Source: Candidatus Obscuribacterales bacterium (lineage in GTDB: Bacteria > Cyanobacteriota > Vampirovibrionia > Obscuribacterales > Obscuribacteraceae). From it: a DNA stretch of 64,000 nucleotides. The DNA is taken from positions 224,001 through 288,000 of the forward strand of contig CBDDIJ010000002.1 in the NCBI GenBank assembly GCA_965228855.1, read 5' to 3'. Below the pieces are notes generated by a model. The model saw only the letters and a list, made by a program, of their open reading frames with translations, had not been told where the DNA came from and did no database searches. Positions 9,703-18,300 of this stretch are shown in pieces (the first letter of the stretch is position 1; every line of letters starts with the position of its first letter). Made by a program: the position numbers and the translations under genes.

Positions 9703-9890
9703 GAAATCGCGGACGCTCCCGTACGCCCCGTGCACTGAGAAATTGCGGACGCGCTCTCGCGCCCCCCCGTGCACTGATAAATTGCGGACGCGCTCTCGCG
9801 CCCCCCGTGCACTGAGAAATCGCGGACGCTCTCGTACGCCCCGTGCACCGAGAAATTGCGGACGCTCTCGCGCCCCCCGGTGCATTGAGA
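9693..9890. repeat. tandem repeat, ~36-39 bp unit, ~5.5 copies
   Basis: GTGCACTGAGAAAT(C/T)GCGGACGC...GCCCC repeated head-to-tail without unique spacers. Confidence 0.92.
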
Positions 9891-9959
9891 TCGCCGCGCG
9901 CTCAGGCTCGAGCCTGAGCGCAACTGATCGTTTCCACCAATAACAATAAGGAACCAATC

Positions 9960-10616
9960 ATGTTGTTCAAAGTCGATACGCTTTTTGGTCACGTCATCGA
10001 AGAAACAGCCGATGGAGCGGTTTACCGCGACGACGGCAGCAAAGTCGATGGCAACAATCTGCGCCCGTGCTTCGGGTGCAAAGCCAAGTGCCAGCCGGGC
10101 GAACACGACCCGTGCATCGCCGGTCTTCCGAACACCTTGAACGCATGCTGCGGTCACGGGCTCGAGGCCAATCCGGTGAGCGGCAGTCAACCCGGCTACG
10201 TCGGTCTCACCGACGGTCGCATCATCCGGTTCGCCGGCAACCTCGGCGGAGAGCGCATCAAAGCCGCAGTTGCTGCTGCGTGTGCCGACCAAGCGCTGCC
10301 GGAAGGATTCCAGGTCACCGAGACGGCATGGTGGGGCGGTCTGAGTCAGGACCAGGTCAACCTGGTTCATGCCAAGATCCCGCTCTACATCGCCAAGCTG
10401 GTGAAGGCCGTCTCGGGCGTAACACCGAACGCCTTTCTGAACGGCGAGGCGCCGTGGTGGGTTGAGTTGAGTGACGAACAGAAGGACCAGATCTGGGACC
10501 TGCTGAGCGCCAACCACAGCCAGTTTGTGAAACTCATTCTGGAGGCCGGTCCCGACGCCGACGCCCCGGATATGGATTTCAAGGAAACGCCGACTGCGAC
10601 AGCCACGGCAGGCTGA
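9960..10616 (+). CDS. hypothetical Cys-rich protein
   Basis: 218-aa ORF, AAGGA SD, CxxC...HDPCIAGLP...ACCGHG putative metal-binding motif. Confidence 0.8.
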   Translation: MLFKVDTLFGHVIEETADGAVYRDDGSKVDGNNLRPCFGCKAKCQPGEHDPCIAGLPNTLNACCGHGLEANPVSGSQPGYVGLTDGRIIRFAGNLGGERIKAAVAAACADQALPEGFQVTETAWWGGLSQDQVNLVHAKIPLYIAKLVKAVSGVTPNAFLNGEAPWWVELSDEQKDQIWDLLSANHSQFVKLILEAGPDADAPDMDFKETPTATATAG

Positions 10617-10638
10617 GCCAGCCGAGCTAGCTTCAACG

Positions 10639-10668
10639 AGAGTCGCCGGATGCTTTTCCGGCGACTCT
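10639..10668. terminator. GC-rich hairpin at the 3' end of the NAD cluster
   Basis: AGAGTCGCCGGA / TCCGGCGACTCT 12-bp perfect stem; no clear U tail. Confidence 0.6.
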
Positions 10669-10683
10669 TCCTGAACAGACCGT

Positions 10684-10703
10684 CTACTATCTGTTGTCAT
10701 ACA
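10684..10703 (-). promoter_or_regulatory. cluster-end bipartite motif (TGTAT-N7-GATAGTAG on minus strand)
   Basis: CTACTAT 16 bp beyond the hairpin, as at the other cluster ends. Confidence 0.5.
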
Positions 10704-10819
10704 GTCGACGATAAAAAAAAATCGCGACTACGTCGCCCATCAAGCCCGCAATCTCAAGTGATGCCCCTCTAGACCGCAATCTCAATCTCGAGTAATGCAC
10801 CGTCAAGCCGCACCGTTTG

Positions 10820-11270
10820 AAAAAGTGGGAAAAACAAATCACTTTTCGCCCAAAACTGATCGATTTTTGCCACATTTCCTTTTCCGAATCGAAAATCGGT
10901 GGAGCCAGACCGAATCGGCGGAAGCAAACGGAATCCGCGGAGCCGACCGGAATCGGCGGAGCTGAAACTGAGTCCGCGGAGACTGCAATCTCAAAAAGTG
11001 GCAAAAACAGATCACTTTTCGCCCAAAACTGATCGATTTTTGCCACATTTCCTTTTCCGAATCGAAAATCGGTGGAGCCAGACCGAATCGGCGGAAGCAA
11101 ACGGAATCCGCGGAGCCGACCGGAATCGGCGGAGCTGAAACTGAGTCCGCGGAGACTGCAATCTCAAAAAGTGTGGCAAAAACAGATCACTTTTCGCCCA
11201 AAACTGATCGATTTTTGCCACATTTCCTTTTCCGAATCGAAAATCCGCGGAGCTAGACCGAATCGGCGGA
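10820..11270. repeat. tandem repeat, 173-175 bp unit, ~2.6 copies
   Basis: ATCACTTTTCGCCCAAAACTGATCG recurs at 10838, 11011, 11186 with near-identical intervening sequence. Confidence 0.93.
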
Positions 11271-11348
11271 GCAGCAGCGGAAGCGCCCCAAAAGGGGGAA
11301 GGAGAGCGCGAATCAATCGCAAACTCTCCTCCCCTCAATCACTGTGGC

Positions 11349-11564
11349 TTATTCCCAGGTGTGTGGTTTGATGCACATGCACGACCACAGCTTGCGCTGG
11401 CAACCGCTGCAAAAACGATCGTACGAAGGTTCACAGGTGGTGCAAACATCCTCGTACTTCATACCGGACTTCAATTCACCACTGCAGGTAGGGCAACACT
11501 TCTTCTGGTTGTCGGCAGGGGAAGCGCTTTTAGGGTTCAAATTGGTGTTGTTGGATGCGGCCAT
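11349..11564 (-). CDS. small Cys-rich (Zn-ribbon-like) protein, 71 aa
   Basis: GAGGTG SD before ATG 11564; CPTC, CTTC, CSGC, CMC motifs. Confidence 0.6.
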   Translation of the reverse strand: MAASNNTNLNPKSASPADNQKKCCPTCSGELKSGMKYEDVCTTCEPSYDRFCSGCQRKLWSCMCIKPHTWE

Positions 11565-11973
11565 AGTCACCTCACGTTTACTTAAAATCTGCTTGAAATC
11601 GGCTGCAGAAGAGGTTTTCCAAAAACACACAACGACCGTCACTACGAATCCGAATCACAAGGACGCTCGCCGAAACACCCACCAGACATAGTACACAACC
11701 GGTTTCACGCGAAACACGATCGTTGCTGATACTCGGGCGTATGCTTGAGTGTTTAGAGATTTGAGAAGAAAAAATGCAATCAATTACTGCAACAGGTTAA
11801 ACGAACGACTCTAATACCATCAATATCAAAAGCCTGGATAACAATTGTCAGTAGCCAATTCACGCCCTAATTTGGTTAGCACGGCTAACGCAACCCGCTC
11901 CAGAAGCCACTTGACATTCACTCCTGACAAGCTCGACGAAAGCTGCGAAACAAGACGGCTCCGCAGGTGCAAA

Positions 11974-12157
11974 GGGCCCAACGAAAGCTGCATCACCTAG
12001 AACGGCTCGGCAGCTGCAACGGCCCAACGAAAGCTGCATCACCTAGAACGGCTCGGCAGCTGCAACGGCCCAACGAAAGCTGCATCACCTAGAACGGCTC
12101 GGCAGCTGCAACGGCCCAACGAAAGCTGCATCACCTAGAACGGCTCGGCAGCTGCAG
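11974..12157. repeat. tandem repeat, 46 bp unit, 4 exact copies plus degenerate flanking copies
   Basis: GGCCCAACGAAAGCTGCATCACCTAGAACGGCTCGGCAGCTGCAAC with ACGAAAG at 11981, 12027, 12073, 12119. Confidence 0.95.
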
Positions 12158-12357
12158 CAGCTACAGCGGCCTCATCTGCATCACAAAGAACGGTCCGGCA
12201 GGTGCTGCACAGGCTCCGGCAGGTGCGAATCGGAAAAACCGATTCCATAGCCCTCAAGAAAAACAGCGGAATGGGGAATAAACCCACTCCGCTGCTCGAC
12301 ACGTTCTCAAAATCCGAAAGGCGAAATCTCCTTCTTCCCGGGAGAAACTCGCAAATT

Positions 12358-15300
12358 CTAGCGATACGCTGCCACTCTTGGGGCGAGGTACTGCTGGAAC
12401 GGTTCCTGGCTGCCGGACAAGTGCATCAGGATCGCCGAGGTCTTCATCATTCGGCTGCTTAGCTTGGCGCACTCGGGATGCGACGACGCGAAGATCGAAC
12501 GCAACGAGCTTACCGACTGAACAGCGGAGTGAACCGAGAACTCGGAAGTAAAGGCGCCGACACCATCGGCAGTGGCAACCTCATTCACATCGCGATGCAT
12601 GATCGACTCCATCGGATTGACGGCAGAATAGCTGCCCGCGCGGCGAGCACAGACAGTGGCATGGCGGCCAGGCGCGAGCGATACAGATTGCGAACCGAAG
12701 TTCACTCTGACACCTGCCCGTTTCACGTCGTGCATATCATACACCGAAGTTCCGTGACCCCCTGCCACGACGAGAACAACGGCACCCCGCGCGATTGAAA
12801 CGCGTGCGTCAGGCGTCTCGACTACCATGTCTTTCGAGGCAACGATCAGCGCTCTTCCAGACTTCAACGAATGGCTCTCGCCAACAGCTTTAGCGCCTGG
12901 GAGGTTATCGGAAATCAATTCGATCGCATTAACCTGAGCAACTTCCTCACCACCAGGAGCCAAGCGAAGGTCCGCACCTACAGCCGTTCCAGAGCCAGCG
13001 GTGGCATTCATCGTTTCAGTTGTTAAAACAATTGATGAGTTCGCGACAGCTCCGGCGAACGAGTCTAGAGGCGACAGCAGCGCCGTATTTGTCGGCTGGC
13101 TGGTTTGAGAGGTCTTAAACTGCTGGCTAGTTTGATAAGCCTGGTTGTCTAGATAGCCTTCCGCTGTCACCGACGGAACGCTCATGGTTTGGCCCCCTTC
13201 GGACGCAACAGCACTTTCAGAACTCAATGAAGGCGATTGAATCGACGCTAACGACACAGCAGCCGCGCCTCGGCTCGGCGGATCGGCTATCACCGTTACA
13301 CCACCATCAAGGATGATCTTCTTACTCGCAACGTCCGACGAGCCATTGTTGAATATGACCGCTTTGTTGATTGCCACGATGTTGGAAATAGCGCCATTAG
13401 CGATAATTCCATTATCCGGTCCCCAGAAGATCTCGCCTTTGCCTTGTATGTCAGTGTTGACATTCGCTGGCTGCGTTCCCGCAATCGGCTTCCTTGGCAA
13501 GGCGCCTATCGCGATGGTGACGTCGTCACCTTTGCCTGCTGTTTCAATAATCGAACTCGCGCCCAGTTGGATGTCGCCGGTATCTACTTGCGTGTTCTGC
13601 AGAAGGATTCCGCCATTGGTCGCAAGCAAATGCGCCGCGGAAACAACGGAAAGCCTGCTGTTGGCACCACCGGTGATGACTGAGATATCTCCATCGTCGA
13701 CAATAACATCATTGAGGATTACGCTGCCAGAGGCAGTCAGACTGGCTCCATCAACGGCATCGCTGGCCTGAACCGTAAGCGTCGCCGTTCCAACACTGGC
13801 GAGGTTAACCTTGCTGTTGGTGTGGAATTCCAGAGAGTCCGTATCGACCGAAATCGGCTTTTTACCAATCGCTCCGGTGTCGGAGTTAAACACGATCGAG
13901 TCTGCAGTGACAACCACGCCCTTAGAGCCGACAATGGCCCCCTTCAGTCCGGCATTGAGCGACAAATCCGCTGCCTGCACCGCGCTGGAGGAAGCGATGG
14001 TTATGCCGCCACCATTATTGGTGACAGTTATTCCGTCGCCCAACAACATGCCTTGCACACCATTCTTGGGTGCCTTGCTCGAGCCAAGCGTGAATGCCTT
14101 TTTGGAGTTGGAAGTCAGATTGATCGATCCATCTATTCCCGTTCCAATGCCGCTGGCATCAAGATCTCCTATGATCGCGAGCGTTCCACCTTTGGGGGCT
14201 GTTGAACCGGCCTTGAATGTGTAAGAAGCCCCGTTTGCGTTGCCAGTTCCATTTACACTGGCATCGGTTGTCGAAGCGAGAACTGAGAGGTTGCCACCGG
14301 TTTCAAAATCGATCTGACCTCCCGCTGCGTTAACGCCCGTTCCGCCAGCCGCGGAGACATCGAAGAAAACAGACCCTTTCTTAGCTTTCGGAACAGCTCC
14401 CAGGTAAGTAGCGGTTTGATCGTTTGTAAAGTATGAAACCGACCCGCCATCACCTGTAGTGGCATCAGCATTCAACACAAAGGGATTATCGACAGTGGTG
14501 TTTACCAGGACAGAATTACCGCTTACGTCAATTTGTCCACCATTGCCGGAGCCGTCGACATTGGCGACAATTCCACTAATTGCGCGCAGGTCGATAGTTC
14601 CGAATCCCGAAACTAAATCGATTGAGTGCGCAGAGAGATCTCCGCCTACCGTCAAAACGTCGGTGGCCGAGCCAAGCGTCTGAATCTCAATGGACCTGTT
14701 TCCAGCATCAATGCTGCTTACGGTGATGGAGCCGGCGCTCAAAGGACCATTCGAGATCGAACCGCTGATGGCGCTTCCGTCTTGATACACCAGAGTGCCA
14801 ACGATAAGCGGCTGAGCCGCTCTGACTACCACTCCTCCATCGACAGCCGCAGCGCCGTTGGTATCAATCGCCCCGACGACTACGCCACCTTGCCCGATGA
14901 TCTGCACATCGCCGCTAACTCCTACAGCTCCTGTAGTCGAGACACTTCCAAGACTTACGGTACCGTCGCTTGCAGTTCCGGCGGACGCTGCGGCCACCAG
15001 AGAGCCACCATTTGCACCGGAACTCGTCAGGTTGATCGTCACGTTGCCGAGGTCGATGTTTCCACCCGTCGTAGACACACCGGTCACGGTGTTCGGTCCG
15101 ACCACACGCACCTGACCCATCGTCCCAGGTGTTGAATCGAATCCGGCCAACAACGTGAGCGAACCAGCATCACCAGCGGCGCTCAGGTCGATCAAGGTCG
15201 CGCCCGTGCTAGTGATGTTTCCACTTGCAATGATGGCGAGACTCTGCCCGGTGAAGATCAAGTTGGCGGGCAGAACAACATCGCCACTGGTATTGATGAT

Positions 15301-18300
15301 GTTGTAGAAGTTCGTGTTGACGATCTTAGGATTACCGATGAAGCTCGAAACAGGCAGTTCAGTATAGGTGTACGTGGTGATGCGAACCTGATTATTGCCA
15401 ATGTAGGTAGAACCCGCTTGCAGCGTGATACTGGAGGTGGGCGTAGAAATGGCAGTGAGATCAACGTTTCCGTTAAATGTCTGAGATCCAGACAAGCTGA
15501 TATTCACATCAGAGCCGATTTGCGTTTCCACTGTAGAAGTAAACGTACCGCCGGCACCGCTCAGGGCGAGACTTCCACCAGCGAGCGAATGCAAGTTGAT
15601 GACACCACCATTGGTGTTACCGGAATTGATGTATGACGCCGTGTCGATATCGAGAAGCGTCGTTCCGGTTATCGTACCTGAGTTCGTCACGCTTTGAGCT
15701 ACGATGCTGGTCGACGGGCTCGTAATCGTTCCACTGTTCACGACATCGCCGGTCGCTCCGGCATCGATATCGATGCTCGTACTTCCGTTAACGACGGCGC
15801 CGGAATCGACGGTGACGTCTCCGCCGCTTATCGAGATAATACCGCCCGTGGCATTGGCAGAAGCCGTATACGATTCCGCCTCAATTGTCAAAGATGTGGA
15901 CCCGGACAGGGTCGCGCTGTTGGAGACGGTCTGCCCAGTGATTGACGTCACAGGACCACTGACCGCTCCTTGAAGAAGCACATCACCAGTGGCTCCAGCA
16001 TCTATATCGAGACTAACCGTTGCGGTGATGGAGCCAGTGTTTGTCACCGTGACGTCGCTGCTGTTGATGGTCACGCCACCGCCATTAGTGGCACCCGTCG
16101 TGATAAACGTTGGAGTGTTAATCTCGAGCGTGGACGAGCCGGTTAGCGTCGAATTGTTCGTAACGGTTTGCCCGGCTACTGTCGTGACAGGGCTGTTGAC
16201 CGCTCCCTGGAGCAAAACCAATCCAGTCGTTCCGCCATCGATATCGACACTTGTGGTTCCCGTGACACCCGCAACCGTGATGTTCCCGCCGTTAATCGAA
16301 ACCACACCACCAGTAGTGAGACCAGTATTCGTGAAAGATGCCGCTGCATCGATAGTTAAGGCGGTCGAACCACTTATCGTAACCGAGCTGGTGATGGTTT
16401 GACCGGCAATGGTTACAGTCGGCGCGCTTAATGCTCCTTGCAGAAAAACGTCTCCGGTTTCCGCGTCGATATCTATCAGGGAAGAGGTCGTTAACGCCCC
16501 AGTGTTTGTGACCGTTACATCCCCCCCACCAATCGTACCAAGACGAACCAAGGAGAAATTGCCCACGAGGGTGACGTCATTAGCACCCGTTCCGACCGAC
16601 AGATTGCCTCCGCCTGTCACCACAATTTCGGCGACTCCGCCAGTTCCGCCGCCAGTACTGGATGCCGACACGTCGAATCCGCTACTGGTCAAATTTCGAC
16701 CGTACAGCTCAACGATGCCACCGTTGTGTGACGCCGCTGTTGCCGTCCCGGCGTTTGCAGACAGAACAACCGTGTTAGCGATCACCAGGTCACCCGTCAA
16801 TGCAACTAACCGCAGATTCCCGCCGTTCCCTTCAGTCGCGCTCACGGAGCCAATTGCAGCTACGTTTAAACCGCCGGAGCCATCCGCTTGAATATCGATC
16901 GTTCCACCGTTACCAGAAGTCGTTCCAGCCGACACCAGAATGCTGGTGATGGCATTGCTTCCAGTCGCAGCACCGATATCGAGCGTTTCATTACTGCCAG
17001 TGCGGACAGTCACAGAACCGCCATCGCCTACCGCCAGGGCGCTTACGTCCACGTTTAAAGCGCGAACAGCACCTCCCGAAATGAGTTCTACATCGCCACC
17101 ACGGACGGTGAGATTCTGGACGAAAATATCTCCAGCCGCTAAGGCTCCGCCACGAAAATCACCGGATGTGACGCCCGCCGTCGCGGTGGAGAGAACCACT
17201 CCCGAGTTAGGCGTAGAGTTGTTGAATGAAATCAGGCCAGTGCCAGCAGCCCCAGTCAAGCCGAAACTGATGTCCGCAACGATACCGTCAGTATCACTTC
17301 CGGCAACCATAATAATGTTGCCGTTTGCGCCCGTGCCATTTCCACTTGCATTAACAGTTGCATTGTTCTGAATGTAGATATTGCCGCTGTCCTTTCCGGC
17401 CGCATCGAACGCGACGAGCGTGATGTCACCGCCAGCACCGTTGGCGGCGTTGCTGTTTGTTCTTACTTCATTGAAACCGTTCAGCGCAAGGTTCAGGTCA
17501 CCACCTGTTGTGGTAGCACCAGTTATCGTGACGTTAGTTCCGGACTGGGTAAATGTAGCGCCGGCTATCATCGTGATATTACCGCCGTCTCCGATATTGG
17601 AAGCCGCAGAGAACACGGTTCCGAAATTCCTCGAATATATGTCGCCTCCTGCGACGACAAGTATTCCCCCTGGGGCGGTTATATCCTGAGCGAGATCACC
17701 GAACTCACCACCATAGAGAATCGTGGCAGTCGCGCCTTGCCCGACCGTAATCTCATCTATAAAAGCGAGTCCATTCGTAATCGCTCCACCTCTGAAGGTA
17801 CCCGACGTGATGGACTGCGTATTCTTAGAGATCACCACGTTTCCGAGTGGCTGGGCGGTCGCGGCATAGAAGTTTCCGGTCCCTACCGTACTTGCTCCCG
17901 TCGTATCAAAAACGCCTCGAATTCCGATACCATAAAATCCGTTATTCTGACCCGCGATGAACGAGATGTCGCCGTTAGAGCCAGTGCCGTTACCGCCTGT
18001 TGTAATAACGGTGTCTTCGAAATCCGTTGCAACATATCCACCACCGATATTACTTCCCCGATACGCAATGAACGTGACATCGCCACCCGATCCGTTGGCA
18101 GCGGAACTCGAGGTATCAACGATTCCGAGCGAATTTCCAACCCCAGGGTCGTCGTTATCGAGGTAAATAAAACCACCAATAGCGGAAGCGCCCGTTATAG
18201 TTATGTTATTAGCGTCCTGCGTGAAGTTCGCACCAGCAATCACAAAGACATTACCGCCATCTCCGCTTGCGCTCGAAGTGTCGATGTCGGTCTGCGTCGG

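Noticed and set aside
10723..10777. Degenerate copy of the 56-bp palindrome after the NAD cluster
   Set aside because: Only GACTACG...TAGAC and CATCA/TGATG arms match, and the spacing (39 bp) is off the 72/84/95 series; too weak to count.
10687..11371. ORFs overlapping the 173-bp array (and 35190-35609 over the 93-bp array)
   Set aside because: They are products of non-coding repeats in several frames, with no SD or domain evidence.
9693..12157. 36-39 bp and 46 bp repeats as CRISPR arrays
   Set aside because: Units are contiguous with no unique spacers, and no cas genes are present.
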